Origin: an uncultured bacterium
GTDB lineage: Bacteria; Hydrothermota; Tepidihabitantia; B3-TA06; CAYQJV01
Assembly: GCA_964417925.1 (NCBI GenBank)
Contig: CAYQJV010000005.1
Span: 176 to 64,175, forward strand
DNA: 64,000 bases
Direction: 5' to 3'
Under the pieces are notes generated by a model, which did not search any database, was not told the DNA's origin, and worked only from the letters and a program-made list of their open reading frames with translations. Made by a program: the position numbers and the translations under genes. Shown one piece after another: positions 45,896 through 56,540 of the stretch. The first letter of the stretch is position 1; each line of letters opens with the position of its first letter.

Positions 45896-48800
45896 TCACC
45901 TCCTTTCCCTGAACATAGTGCTTTTTTAATTACCACTTTGCTTTTTACATCTTTAAACAACTCATTTTGTGTATCAGGTTCAAAAGTAAATACATATAAA
46001 TAAATTCCTGGAGCCACATGTTTTCCATGTTCGGTAGTTCCATCCCAATGTACCACATGGGTACCAAAAGAGTACCATTCATTTTCTATAAGTGTGGTGA
46101 TGTATTCTCCTGCTCTGTTGAATATCCTTAATGTTACTTTTCCATCTGCAGGAAGGGAGAAGAAGAAATCGGTCTCCTTTGAAAATGGATTTGGATAGTT
46201 ATGAATGTTAAACATAGGGATTACCACAGTCAAAAATGGAAGCGTATCTTTTATGGTCTTATCCTGTGAAGAAACTCCATATATAACCCTATTATCAATT
46301 CTCATTGTCTCCAATTCCTCTGTATCACCTGTGAACCGTTTTCCCGCCTCTGCAGGAGGAGTAACCCTTAAGATCAACTCCAGGGTATCAAATGGCAAAA
46401 TCTCTCCAGTATCTATTGTATCATTCCCATTATTATCCCTCAAAGGAATTCCTTGTGCATCAAGGATTTCCGCTCTCCAGAGCTGATTTCCTTGTGTCCA
46501 TAGGTCTATTGTATCCGGCTCATTACCTGTATTTATTACCCTAAAACCATACTCCTTATACTCTCCTGGATGTATGTATGCAGTATCCGGTGGTTCCATA
46601 AAGAATCCATAAAACCTTACAAGAACCTTTGTCCTGCACAAAGCTTCGTCAGTTACTCCTTCTTGAACTGAAGAATGCACAACCACATATGTTGAATCTA
46701 TTGCACCTTCCTGTTCTACAAAAGGAGGTATTAACTCTATAAAGAAGTCTCTCTTCCCAGATGGTTCTACAACTCCCACATCTGGCAAACCATCATCATC
46801 CGTATCTGAAAGTTCTGCTGTTCCCGAAGCATCCAATAGACGAATGTTCCATCCTTCCCTTGTACCATAAGTGGTAATCTCCAAAACATCTTCACTGTTT
46901 CCATTATTTTCCACAGTAAGTTGGTACCTTATTGGTTCTCCTGCGAATGTAGAGTCATAGTGATCAGGGTATATTCTCACCGCAGGCACAGGGACAACAA
47001 CCGTTATAATCACTGCAGAATCCTTAACAGTTGAGTTGTTGGTTGAATAAACCCAAACAATTGTAGTATCAGCATCTCCTGCCATTGCATTGGCAGGTGG
47101 TGTTACTCCAACGATAAAACTTTTAGTCCCTCCTTCTGGAGACACATATCCCACATCTACGAGTTCATCACCATTGGTATCCTGCAGAGGTTCCATATTC
47201 TCGTTCAGGATCCTTACCTGCCATCCAGAAGTTGTACCTTGTGTTTCTACATTTATAACATCCTCTCCAAAACCATTGTTGGTAATCACAAGGTTGTATA
47301 AGATTTCTTCTCCTGGATAGGTTGAATCACTCTGGTCGGGTTCTACAGAAATTGAAGGTCCGTAATAAATCCTTACTTCAAACAGCACGGGAAGTTCTGC
47401 TGCGTTATCAAACCATAGAGAAGCCTTGTACTGTATGTACCTTCTATTTGTTGTCTCTCCATTGTAATAGTCTGGCACTGACCTTCCTTTTTCAATTGGG
47501 ATCCATTCTGTCCAGGAATCATCTGGAGTTTCTGTATCACCGGTTCTTATATACATTTTTATCCTTGATTTTCCAGGACAACTATCCACCCAACTAACCA
47601 CATCCCAGTTCACTGTATCTCCTGCATCAAATACCGAGGAAATATAATCTTCGTAGTTTTCTCTTGAGTAAGTGTTTCCAACCTCCCAGAATATTGCATG
47701 GTGGTCTGTATGATTGGGAACCTCGGTTATTCTTTCAAAATCAGGGCCAAACAACAATCCACTGTATCCTCCGAGACTGATCCAGTCATTGATGAACATA
47801 TCAAGATGCCCATCTTTGTTAAAATCAGCAATAACTCCTCCACTCATTGACCATTTTTTAGGTCCAAGAGTTATCTTCTTATCTTCTGAGAATTTTCCAT
47901 TATCGTTGATGTATACCCATATTGGATTTAGATAGGTTTGATCCTCTGCATTTCCAACAAAAAATACAATATCCAACCATCCATCCCCATTTATATCTGC
48001 TGCTGCACTTCCTCCAAAACATTTTCCTGCTTGAAGAGTCTCAGGAGCTGAAAACTGCCTGTTACCCTTGCCATAGTATAGATATGCTACACTCACTTTT
48101 TCTAAACCCGTGAAAACCAGATCAAGCCATCCATCCTTATTAAAATCTGCAACTGTAAGACCATGTGCATTGGGTTGTAGATACATCAACTCTGTTCTAT
48201 TACTTGCACTGTATCCTTGAGGACCACCCCAATAGATATAGTTGGGAAGTTCTTGAAAAGGTTCATCCCGAGTTAAATAATTAACCACCACTATATCGTA
48301 GTAGCCGTCCTTATCCAGATCCGCCACTTCAAAATTATGCCTTGGAGTTAAAGCGGGTAGAATGGTAACACTGTCATAAGCAAAAGAGGAATCTCCCCAG
48401 AAAATTCCAAATGAACTCATCAAATCAGGATATCCTCCATGGATTATATCAAGCCATCCATCTCTGTTTAGATCAGCTACTGTAACTGCTTCAACCTGAG
48501 CAGCACATTCTCCTATAACTCTATAATTCTCGGGGGTTGGCCCACTATCTGTACCCCAGAAAAGGGTAATTCCACCTCTATCTGCAACTCCATAAAGCCT
48601 GTAATTCTGCAGTATTAGATCAGTATATCCATCAAGATTTAAATCACAACCCACAACATTTGCTCCTGCACCTGTTGGATAGGATAGTCTTCTCGTAGGT
48701 AAAAAGTATTCATCCTCTGGACCTCCGAGATACACGTATATGGAATCCTTAATCGGATCTTGACTCCCAAGCTCAACAATGTTAGATACAACTGCATCCA

Positions 48801-48978
48801 TCCAGCCATCACCATTAAAATCCCATCTCGGAATCCATTCCACATCTCCTGGAAGCGAATCGTGATAAGCCCTATGCGTTGCATAAAGATTGTGTTCATA
48901 TATTCCATCTCTGAAATCTTCTTGAGTAGTTTCAACCCATACGCCCCTTAGAGCAAAAATAAAATAGAAAACATACAT
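45892..48978 (-). CDS. FG-GAP/VCBS repeat beta-propeller protein with three CARDB-like domains and T9SS C-terminal sorting domain
   Basis: Six ADxNxDGxxD repeats, thrice-repeated about 100-aa Ig-like modules, CTD NYPNPFSKETDFFFSLPADGKVTLRIFNRAGE...GIYLYVF. Confidence 0.75.
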   Translation of the reverse strand: MYVFYFIFALRGVWVETTQEDFRDGIYEHNLYATHRAYHDSLPGDVEWIPRWDFNGDGWMDAVVSNIVELGSQDPIKDSIYVYLGGPEDEYFLPTRRLSYPTGAGANVVGCDLNLDGYTDLILQNYRLYGVADRGGITLFWGTDSGPTPENYRVIGECAAQVEAVTVADLNRDGWLDIIHGGYPDLMSSFGIFWGDSSFAYDSVTILPALTPRHNFEVADLDKDGYYDIVVVNYLTRDEPFQELPNYIYWGGPQGYSASNRTELMYLQPNAHGLTVADFNKDGWLDLVFTGLEKVSVAYLYYGKGNRQFSAPETLQAGKCFGGSAAADINGDGWLDIVFFVGNAEDQTYLNPIWVYINDNGKFSEDKKITLGPKKWSMSGGVIADFNKDGHLDMFINDWISLGGYSGLLFGPDFERITEVPNHTDHHAIFWEVGNTYSRENYEDYISSVFDAGDTVNWDVVSWVDSCPGKSRIKMYIRTGDTETPDDSWTEWIPIEKGRSVPDYYNGETTNRRYIQYKASLWFDNAAELPVLFEVRIYYGPSISVEPDQSDSTYPGEEILYNLVITNNGFGEDVINVETQGTTSGWQVRILNENMEPLQDTNGDELVDVGYVSPEGGTKSFIVGVTPPANAMAGDADTTIVWVYSTNNSTVKDSAVIITVVVPVPAVRIYPDHYDSTFAGEPIRYQLTVENNGNSEDVLEITTYGTREGWNIRLLDASGTAELSDTDDDGLPDVGVVEPSGKRDFFIELIPPFVEQEGAIDSTYVVVHSSVQEGVTDEALCRTKVLVRFYGFFMEPPDTAYIHPGEYKEYGFRVINTGNEPDTIDLWTQGNQLWRAEILDAQGIPLRDNNGNDTIDTGEILPFDTLELILRVTPPAEAGKRFTGDTEELETMRIDNRVIYGVSSQDKTIKDTLPFLTVVIPMFNIHNYPNPFSKETDFFFSLPADGKVTLRIFNRAGEYITTLIENEWYSFGTHVVHWDGTTEHGKHVAPGIYLYVFTFEPDTQNELFKDVKSKVVIKKALCSGKGGE

Positions 48979-48991
48979 CCAACCTCCTTTT

Positions 48992-50320
48992 TCAGGATTT
49001 TAACTTTAAAATCGTAACATTTATCCTTTTCTTATCTATCTTACCTACAAGAAAGTACATCCCTGCAGGATACGAAGAAAAATCTATGCAGATATTTCCA
49101 TATCCATTACAGGACAAAACCTTTCTTCCATTCACATCAAACACATCTACCGAATAACTTCTACATCCTTTATATAGGAAATATCTATCAATATAAAAGA
49201 CTTTTTTAAAAAGCCCCCCATCTTCGTTTTTCTCTTTAACTCCTACTGCATAGGAAGAACCATAAATATCCAGATTACCCTGCCTTTCATCAACCCATAC
49301 AACAAGAAATTCCTTTCCTGTATGAACAATATCAATTTTCTCATTCTCCACCACTGTATTTTTGAAAGAAAGCCTCCCAAGTAGCTCCCAGGTGGCTCCC
49401 CCATCGGTTGAAATGCTCATATAGATGTTTCCTCCTTCTACATAGTATGCAGCAAAAACTGTATCGTTTGCATAAGTTACAGCAATATTTTTGGTTGTAC
49501 ATTCAAACCCAGACACAGCAGAAACCTCAAATGAATTCCCTCCATCATGGGAGTATGCTACATATACGCATCCCTGGTCTCCAGTATACAGAGTAAAACC
49601 TACGTATACATCGTTACCAGAAAAATAAACACTTGAAATTTCCTCATCCCCAGGAAGAGAGGAAACTGTAACTGAAGGTGATACAGAATGCCCTAAGATT
49701 TTGCATCCTTCAATATTTCCTTCATGTTGGTATACAACAAAAGCAGAATTTCCATTTGAAGCAATCCTTGGATTACTTTCTTCATCCGCAGTAGCTGCAA
49801 TTTCTAAATTATAAACTCCTCCTGAAGTTATGCAGTACCCTCTTATATCAGGGTTGTCTGCCTGAGTTCTATCTTCATAAACTATGTATATTGTCCCATC
49901 ATTAAGCACACATATATCGGGAAGATAGGCATTACTCCAGTCCTCACCAGGAATATAATGCGTTTCCCAGTTCTTAGCTGTATCAGTGGATATATACCAG
50001 TGAGGTGCATTTCCTACCTCAGGTGAGGGATCCGGACCTTCACATACAAGATACAGCACATTATTATCATCAACTGCAAGGGATGGCCTCCTATTATCTG
50101 CTTGTGAAGCATACAAAAATGTGCCTTGATCTACCCATATACCATCAGGTATTTTAAGAGAAACGATAATATCATGTTCTGTAGTATATCTCGCATATTC
50201 ATAGGCAAGATAAAAGATGCCTGTAGAGGAGTTATACTCTACATCAGGATAAAAATCATCTGCAGAATGGGCTCTTATTGCCTGATCAAATTGCAAAAAA
50301 AGAAAAAAAATCCCCAGCAT
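48992..50320 (-). CDS. BNR/Asp-box (sialidase-like propeller) protein with T9SS-like C-terminal domain
   Basis: SISTDGGATWE, SHDGGNSFE, STDTAKNWE Asp-box repeats; C-terminal YSVDVFDVNGRKV...GMYFLVGKIDKKRINVTILKLKS. Confidence 0.7.
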   Translation of the reverse strand: MLGIFFLFLQFDQAIRAHSADDFYPDVEYNSSTGIFYLAYEYARYTTEHDIIVSLKIPDGIWVDQGTFLYASQADNRRPSLAVDDNNVLYLVCEGPDPSPEVGNAPHWYISTDTAKNWETHYIPGEDWSNAYLPDICVLNDGTIYIVYEDRTQADNPDIRGYCITSGGVYNLEIAATADEESNPRIASNGNSAFVVYQHEGNIEGCKILGHSVSPSVTVSSLPGDEEISSVYFSGNDVYVGFTLYTGDQGCVYVAYSHDGGNSFEVSAVSGFECTTKNIAVTYANDTVFAAYYVEGGNIYMSISTDGGATWELLGRLSFKNTVVENEKIDIVHTGKEFLVVWVDERQGNLDIYGSSYAVGVKEKNEDGGLFKKVFYIDRYFLYKGCRSYSVDVFDVNGRKVLSCNGYGNICIDFSSYPAGMYFLVGKIDKKRINVTILKLKS

Positions 50321-50328
50321 GTCTCCTC

Positions 50329-51609
50329 CTATTTAAGGACAATTAACCTCAGAGTAGCTTTTTGGGGCTTATCTATTTTTACAAAATATACCCCCTCACT
50401 AAGGAGATTTATCAAATATTCTGTACCTCTTTCTAACACAAATAGCCTTTCCCCATTCTTAGAATAAACTACCCCCTCAATCTCAGGAGGTAATCTATTA
50501 ATAAAGGTTTTTTTAAAAACATACTTTTCTCTACTTCTCTCCTCTATACCTGTTCCAGGACCTATTCCACATACAGTATCATTGTATACCATGTATAAAG
50601 TTCCATCCTTATCCATTGCCATAGGAAGATCTACTCTATCAAAGATACTTTTTTCCCAATGTTTAATACCATCTTTATCAAAGCAGTATAAAATCCCATA
50701 TGTAGATGCAACATATATGTTTTCCTTCCTATCTATCACTACAGGAGATACTATCTCTGTTCCGACTGGTTGCCTCCATTCAATACTGCCATCCTGTGGA
50801 TCGATTTTATACAGATTACCGTCATCTGAACCAATATATATGTATCCAGAACTTGCTACTGCAGGAGCACATTGTAGATTATAACCTATAGAGGTAAACC
50901 ACTGAGGTGTTCCTGAAGGAGAAAAACAATAAAGCACACCATCCTTCCCAGGCATTACAACATCTCCTGAATGAAGCAACGCCCCTGCTTCTGTTCCTCC
51001 ACCTGTGGGAACAAACCATTTCTGTGTGCCTGAAGGAGAAATACAAAAAACCCCTTGGTTTAATCCTCCATAAAATGACTGAACATATACATACCCTTCA
51101 TCATCCACTACCGGAGCAGAAGTCACTTCTTGCCCAAGGTTTATCTCCCATATTACAGAACGATTTGCAGCATTGATGGAAACAAGCATTGTCTCTGCTG
51201 CAAAGAAAAGTCTACCCTGACTGTATATAATTGGTGAAGTAATTCTATGCCCTATCTCCTTCCTCCAAACCTCCTCTCCACTCAGTCTACTCACTGCATA
51301 TAGGGTTCCATCAAAAGAACCTACATAGACTGTATCCTCCAGGATAATCGGAGTAGAGGTGATAAGGCCTTGAGTCAAAAATTTCCACCTCTCATTGCCT
51401 GAAGAATCTACAGAAATCAAGTATCCTGTTTGGGTACCGAAAAATAAATTTCCATCTTCATCAATCACAACCCCAGTGAGTATCTTATACCCACTGCCTT
51501 TTTTCCACTTTATTATAGGAGCATCAGGACCTATGGCCTCCCCCCTTCCACTGTGATAATAATCATGCTGGAACATAGGCCAAGGGTGGAGAAACAACCA
51601 CAAAACCAT
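50329..51609 (-). CDS. PQQ-like beta-propeller repeat protein with short T9SS-like C-terminal domain
   Basis: Eight or more repeats of G.LYA....G...W type; C-terminus VVYSKNGERLFVL...GVYFVKIDKPQKATLRLIVLK; N-terminal signal peptide weak. Confidence 0.65.
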   Translation of the reverse strand: MVLWLFLHPWPMFQHDYYHSGRGEAIGPDAPIIKWKKGSGYKILTGVVIDEDGNLFFGTQTGYLISVDSSGNERWKFLTQGLITSTPIILEDTVYVGSFDGTLYAVSRLSGEEVWRKEIGHRITSPIIYSQGRLFFAAETMLVSINAANRSVIWEINLGQEVTSAPVVDDEGYVYVQSFYGGLNQGVFCISPSGTQKWFVPTGGGTEAGALLHSGDVVMPGKDGVLYCFSPSGTPQWFTSIGYNLQCAPAVASSGYIYIGSDDGNLYKIDPQDGSIEWRQPVGTEIVSPVVIDRKENIYVASTYGILYCFDKDGIKHWEKSIFDRVDLPMAMDKDGTLYMVYNDTVCGIGPGTGIEERSREKYVFKKTFINRLPPEIEGVVYSKNGERLFVLERGTEYLINLLSEGVYFVKIDKPQKATLRLIVLK

Positions 51610-51618
51610 ATCTTTTTA

Positions 51619-51646
51619 AATATATACCTTTTTTGGAATTTGTCAA
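51619..51646 (-). promoter_or_regulatory. sigma70-like promoter on minus strand (TTGACA at 51641-51646, TATATT at 51619-51624) giving a near-leaderless transcript for 50329-51609
   Basis: Consensus -35, 16-bp spacer, -10 hexamer ending about 10 nt before the ATG; no SD. Confidence 0.4.
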
Positions 51647-51692
51647 CTTTTCAAAAATTTGACTTTTTAACTTAAATGATTAAATTTATATA

Positions 51693-53852
51693 ATGCAAAA
51701 AGAAACCCAACTTTTAAGGAATATTTTTGAAAGAATTAAAAAGTTCAAAAATTGGAAATTAAAGGTGGAAATATCCAACGAAGAAAGGGACAAAGATAAA
51801 AGTATTGCATTAAAAATAGGGGATAGAACTCTTTTGATCTCAGGATTTAAGGAATCTGAGAAAAATGTTATCAATGAAATTATAGAAATAATCTATGAAG
51901 CAGAACGATTCAAAATGGAAAAGTACACAGATACAATGACAGGACTCTTTAATAAAGAGTATTTTATGCAAAAAATGAAGGAAAACATAGAAAAACTGCG
52001 CCAAGAACTTCTCAATAAGGAAAAAAAAGAACACAGGAAAAGTTTTGATTTAAGTATGCTTCACATTGACCTTGACCATTTCAAAAGAATAAACGATACC
52101 TGGGGGCACAGCATAGGGGATGCTGTGTTAAAATCCTTTGCCTGTTACATTGAAAATTTCTCACTTTCCTATTTTAAAGAAGACACTGAAGTTATCACCG
52201 CAAGACTTGGAGGAGAAGAATTTGGAATTCTCCTCCCCAACACTCCTGGAACCATAGCACGAAGTTTCGCAGAAACTCTACTTGAAAATCTAAAATCAAA
52301 AAGTATAGTAAAAAAAGAAAAAGATATCCCCTCCATATCAGTAACTGCAAGCATTGGAGTTGCAACACTTAAAAGTGCTGAATGTTTATCAGGAAACTTT
52401 AATGCAGATGCCTTAGCATCAAAACTTTACAATGACGCCGATGTTGCAACCTATGTTGCTAAGAAACTTGGCAGAGCCAGAGTAATAGCCTATGAAAGAA
52501 TAAAATACGAAGGGGGTACAGTAATAGATTATGATGAAACTACAGAGATAGTGGTGATAGACATAGGAAGTGATATGGGGGTGAATGTTGGTGATATCTT
52601 TAAAGTTTATGATAATAAAAAATTTACTGGAGAAAGCCCTATTTATGAACCAGGCTCAAAGGAGAAAATCATAGGGTATTACCCTAAGATTCCCTTAGGC
52701 GAAATAGAAGTAATAATGGTACAGCCTGGTGTTTCATTTGCAAAAAGAATAGGTACTGAACCTTTTACAGTAAAGCCAGGTTTTGTACTTGAGTACTCAA
52801 CAAGGGAGAGGGATAAAACCTCTGTGGAAAGAAGAAAAAGAGAAAGAAGAGCAAAAGGATTCATCTCTGAGAGAGGTATTTTTGAAAAAAGATTGGCCGA
52901 GGTTTCCTCTCAGGAAAGTTTTATAGTAAGCATAATGGCAATGGACAATTTCAGGATAATAACCGACAGACTGGGAAGTGCAAGAGTAGAGAAGCTTTAC
53001 AAAAAGGTTATCAAAGATATAGACAGCTTTCTGCCAGAAGGTTCTATAATGGCGAGACTCTCAAATGAAGAGATAGGAATAATTCCATCCCATATGGAGG
53101 ATAAAGAGATTAAAAGAATCTTTGAAGGTATAATAGAGGAATTAAAAAATCAAGAAAACATTGGTTTTTCTGCAGGGATATACAGTGCCCTAAAATGGGA
53201 AAAGGGAAGAAAGTATGCTTTAGAATGTGCACGAAAAGCACTTGAAATTGCGAGATTTGAGGGGGGTGCCAAAGTAGTAATATTTGATGAAAAGAATGCA
53301 ACCAAAAAACTTGAATTTTACATAAAACATAGAGATTACGAACATATTTTGGAGGAATACAACAGCTTGATAAAACTGGGACTTTCGGTCAAGGGATTGA
53401 GAAGTGTGTATGCAGAGGCTCTTTACTACTTTGGAAAACTTGAAGAAGCCTTAAAGGAAAATCTTACTGCATTGAAAGAATCTCCAAACAATCCAGAGAT
53501 TTTAAAAAACATTGCCTATACTTATCTTGAACTGGGAAGGGCCGAAGAGGCACTTAGATACTTTAAAAAATTGGAAGAGAATAATCAACTGTATGAAATT
53601 GCAAAAGACGCTCCTTGGATATTTAGAGATTATGGAATAGTGCTTTACAACTTGGGTAAATACAGGGAAGCCGAGAAGAAATTAACTGAGGCCGTTCAGC
53701 TGGAGAATACGGATGCCATGTCCTATTATTATAGGGCTATGTGTAGAGTAAAAGAGAAAGAAATTGAAAAGGCAAAGGAAGATTTAATAAAGGCAGTAGG
53801 TCTTGGTTATAAGGAACTATCTGAAGAGGCATCAAAAATTTTAGGAGGTTAA
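51693..53852 (+). CDS. diguanylate cyclase (GGDEF, active-site GGEEF) with second degenerate GGDEF-like domain and C-terminal TPR repeats
   Basis: TGLFNKEYF...[14 protein letters not shown]...[11 protein letters not shown]; second domain has SNEEIG; TPR array at C-terminus. Confidence 0.8.
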   Translation: MQKETQLLRNIFERIKKFKNWKLKVEISNEERDKDKSIALKIGDRTLLISGFKESEKNVINEIIEIIYEAERFKMEKYTDTMTGLFNKEYFMQKMKENIEKLRQELLNKEKKEHRKSFDLSMLHIDLDHFKRINDTWGHSIGDAVLKSFACYIENFSLSYFKEDTEVITARLGGEEFGILLPNTPGTIARSFAETLLENLKSKSIVKKEKDIPSISVTASIGVATLKSAECLSGNFNADALASKLYNDADVATYVAKKLGRARVIAYERIKYEGGTVIDYDETTEIVVIDIGSDMGVNVGDIFKVYDNKKFTGESPIYEPGSKEKIIGYYPKIPLGEIEVIMVQPGVSFAKRIGTEPFTVKPGFVLEYSTRERDKTSVERRKRERRAKGFISERGIFEKRLAEVSSQESFIVSIMAMDNFRIITDRLGSARVEKLYKKVIKDIDSFLPEGSIMARLSNEEIGIIPSHMEDKEIKRIFEGIIEELKNQENIGFSAGIYSALKWEKGRKYALECARKALEIARFEGGAKVVIFDEKNATKKLEFYIKHRDYEHILEEYNSLIKLGLSVKGLRSVYAEALYYFGKLEEALKENLTALKESPNNPEILKNIAYTYLELGRAEEALRYFKKLEENNQLYEIAKDAPWIFRDYGIVLYNLGKYREAEKKLTEAVQLENTDAMSYYYRAMCRVKEKEIEKAKEDLIKAVGLGYKELSEEASKILGG

Positions 53853-53853
53853 G

Positions 53854-54270
53854 ATGGTATATACTGAAGAAATTACATTCTCTACAAAAGGGTTTAACGA
53901 TATCATAGATATCACCCAAGAGGTTAAAAATGTGGTTAAAAAAAGCGGTATAAAAAATGGAATTGTATGTATCTCTCTTCCCGGATCTACAGGTGGAATT
54001 ACCACCATTGAATACGAACCAGGACTAATTCAGGATATAAAAGAAATACTGGAACAACTGGCTCCTATGAATAGAAGGTATCATCATGATGATACATGGC
54101 ATGATGGAAATGGCTATGCCCACATACGCTCTGCACTTATAGGAACCAGTGTTACATTTCCCATACTTAACCAAGATGTAGTACTTGGAACATGGCAGCA
54201 GATAATTTTCATAGATTTTGATAACAGGCCAAGAAATAGAAGACTGGTGGTGCAGATAATAGGAGAATAA
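53854..54270 (+). CDS. yjbQ: YjbQ/UPF0047 family protein (secondary thiamine-phosphate synthase-like)
   Basis: Whole-length similarity pattern: [22 protein letters not shown]...[15 protein letters not shown]. Confidence 0.8.
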   Translation: MVYTEEITFSTKGFNDIIDITQEVKNVVKKSGIKNGIVCISLPGSTGGITTIEYEPGLIQDIKEILEQLAPMNRRYHHDDTWHDGNGYAHIRSALIGTSVTFPILNQDVVLGTWQQIIFIDFDNRPRNRRLVVQIIGE

Positions 54271-54322
54271 AAATACTTGACATATTACAATAAATGTGTA
54301 TTCTTATCAAATGGAGGAGAAG

Positions 54323-54499
54323 ATGGAAGAAAAGTTAAAATTATTAGAGGAAAAATTGGAATTGTTATTAACGCAAATACATAACTTAAAAGCAGAAAAT
54401 GAAACTTTAAAAAGAAGGATACAAGAATTGGAGGGAGCAAGAGAGGAAGCTTTGCAAAGAATAGATGCATTGATTGACAAACTGGGTAATTTTGTCTAA
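54323..54499 (+). CDS. ZapB-like coiled-coil cell-division protein
   Basis: 58-aa continuous heptad coiled coil immediately upstream of zapA; start set at ATG with GGAGGAG RBS. Confidence 0.5.
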   Translation: MEEKLKLLEEKLELLLTQIHNLKAENETLKRRIQELEGAREEALQRIDALIDKLGNFV

Positions 54500-54518
54500 A
54501 ATTTAAAAAGGGAGCTTT

Positions 54519-54764
54519 ATGGAGGAGACGACGGTTAATATTTTTGGAGTTGAAATAAAGATGAGGCATAATACTCCAGAGGAGAGATTTAGAAGAGTGG
54601 TAAAGATGGTAGATGAAATGTTGAAAAACACTCAGGAGAGATTTAAAGACCTCTCTGCAAGAAAGGTAGCTATACTGGTTTCCTTGGAACTTGCAAACAG
54701 ATTGGAGGAAGCAAAAGAGGGAATTGACCGGTTACTGGGAAAGATAGAAAAAGAGATAGAGTAG
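54519..54764 (+). CDS. zapA: cell division protein ZapA
   Basis: VNIFGVEIKMRHNTPEE...ARKVAILVSLELAN pattern of ZapA, 81 aa. Confidence 0.75.
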   Translation: MEETTVNIFGVEIKMRHNTPEERFRRVVKMVDEMLKNTQERFKDLSARKVAILVSLELANRLEEAKEGIDRLLGKIEKEIE

Positions 54765-54772
54765 TTAAGAAA

Positions 54773-54950
54773 AAGCTCCCTGCCGTGCACGTGGTGGTTG
54801 GATGGTCTTGGGCCAACACTCAGGAAATGGGGGTTGATAGCCTATACCGATTGCGGCTCCGTGAGGAGCTACATAAGGTATGGGCTGAAGACCCCCCACC
54901 TTTACCCTGGGTTCAAAGACCCCTACCCACCACGGCACAGTGCAGGGATT
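54773..54950 (+). ncRNA. ssrS: 6S RNA (SsrS) candidate
   Basis: About 178-nt GC-richer island directly after zapA (conserved zapA-ssrS synteny); 5' GCUCCCUGCCGUGCACGUGGUGG pairs with 3' CCACCACGGCACAGUGCAGGGA closing stem, then T-run terminator; overlapping ORF 54785-55102 has no coding features. Confidence 0.55.
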
Positions 54951-54992
54951 TTTATTTGTTAAGTTTTAAAAATTTTAGAAAGGAGTGGGAGC

Positions 54993-56540
54993 ATGTTGGC
55001 TTATTTGATTTTAGCAGGCATTTTAGGAGTTGGCTTTGGTTTTTTAATTTCTCATTTAATTGTTATCGCAAGAATCACAAAGGTAAAGGAGAGAGCGAAT
55101 GAAATAATCAGACAAGCAGAAACAAAGGCAAAGGAGATTATAAAGAATGCTGAACTTTCCATAAAGGAAAGGTGGATAAACTTAAAATCCAAACTGGAAA
55201 AGGAACTTGCAGGAGAAAGGAAGGAACTCGAAAGATTTGCTAAATCTCTTTCTGAAAGGGAAGCCCGCCTGGAAAAGAGAAGTCAATATCTTACAGAAAG
55301 AGAAAGTGCTTTAATAAGGAATGAAAAACATCTTACAAACCTTGAAAAAATTCTCAAAACAAAGATAGAAAGGTATGATCAACTCATAGAAGAGGAAATA
55401 GAAAAGCTGGAAAAACTCTCTGCTCTTTCCAGAGAGGACGCAAAAAAAGAACTGTTCAACAGAATCAAGCAACAGGCAGAGCAGGAGGCTTATGAGATGG
55501 TAAAGGAGATAAAGGAAAGAGCCAAAAAGGAGGCAGAGGAACGAGCAAAAGAGATAATATCTCAAGCAATTCAGAGGATAGGATTGGGGCATTGGTCAGA
55601 AACCACGGTCTCTGTGATCTCCCTTCCTTCTGATGAATTGAAGGGAAGAATAATAGGTAGAGAGGGAAGAAACATAAGAACTTTTGAAACACTCACAGGG
55701 GTGGAAGTATTGGTTGATGACACGCCCGGTGCAGTAATTCTTTCTGCATTTGATCCTTTAAGAAGAGAAAAGGCAAAGATAGCCATGGAAAAGTTAATAT
55801 CAGATGGAAGGATACATCCTGCAAGGATAGAGGAAGTGATAAAAGAGGTAGAAAGGGAAATGGAGAAAATCATAAGGCAAACCGGAGAGAACACTGCACG
55901 CAACATCGGAATAATAGATTTGAATCCTGCTTTTTATACCTACATTGGGAAGATGAAGTTCAGAACCAGTTATGGGCAAAACCTGTTACAGCACTCTATT
56001 GAAGTAGCAAGACTTGCATCTCTAATGGCTGAAGAGCTGAATCTTGACACTCAAATTGCAAAAAGGGCAGGCCTTTTACATGACATAGGTAAGGTAGCAG
56101 ATTCAGGATACGAAGGTCCCCATGCTTTAATAGGAGCAAAAATAGCAGAGCAGTTAGGGGAAACTCCAGTAGTAGTAAATGCAATTGCTGCTCACCACGA
56201 GGAAACAGTACCTAAAACCCCTTATGCTTTTATTGTCTCTGCAGCAGATGCAATATCGGGAGCAAGACCAGGAGCAAGAAGAGAAACCTTGGAGTCGTAC
56301 CTTAAAAGGTTAGAGAAACTCGAAGATATAGCTATGTCCTATAAAGGAGTGGAAAAAGCATATGCAATTCAGGCGGGAAGGGAGTTAAGGGTTCTGGTGC
56401 AACCTGAAGAGATATCTGACATGGAGGCAGAACAGCTGGCAAAGGAGATATCTGCCCATATACAAAAAGAACTTAAATATCCTGGATACATAAAGGTCGT
56501 AGTAATAAGGGAGACGAGAAAGGTGGAATATGCAAGATGA
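54993..56540 (+). CDS. rny: ribonuclease Y
   Basis: N-terminal TM, coiled coil, KH domain (GRIIGREGRNIRTFE), HD domain (LLHDIGK). Confidence 0.95.
   Translation: MLAYLILAGILGVGFGFLISHLIVIARITKVKERANEIIRQAETKAKEIIKNAELSIKERWINLKSKLEKELAGERKELERFAKSLSEREARLEKRSQYLTERESALIRNEKHLTNLEKILKTKIERYDQLIEEEIEKLEKLSALSREDAKKELFNRIKQQAEQEAYEMVKEIKERAKKEAEERAKEIISQAIQRIGLGHWSETTVSVISLPSDELKGRIIGREGRNIRTFETLTGVEVLVDDTPGAVILSAFDPLRREKAKIAMEKLISDGRIHPARIEEVIKEVEREMEKIIRQTGENTARNIGIIDLNPAFYTYIGKMKFRTSYGQNLLQHSIEVARLASLMAEELNLDTQIAKRAGLLHDIGKVADSGYEGPHALIGAKIAEQLGETPVVVNAIAAHHEETVPKTPYAFIVSAADAISGARPGARRETLESYLKRLEKLEDIAMSYKGVEKAYAIQAGRELRVLVQPEEISDMEAEQLAKEISAHIQKELKYPGYIKVVVIRETRKVEYAR

Noticed and set aside
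54785-55102. 105-aa ORF MHVVVGWSWANTQEMG...
   Set aside because: Lies on the structured, terminator-ended 6S-RNA candidate and runs into rny; no RBS, Trp/Arg-rich composition typical of translated GC-rich RNA.
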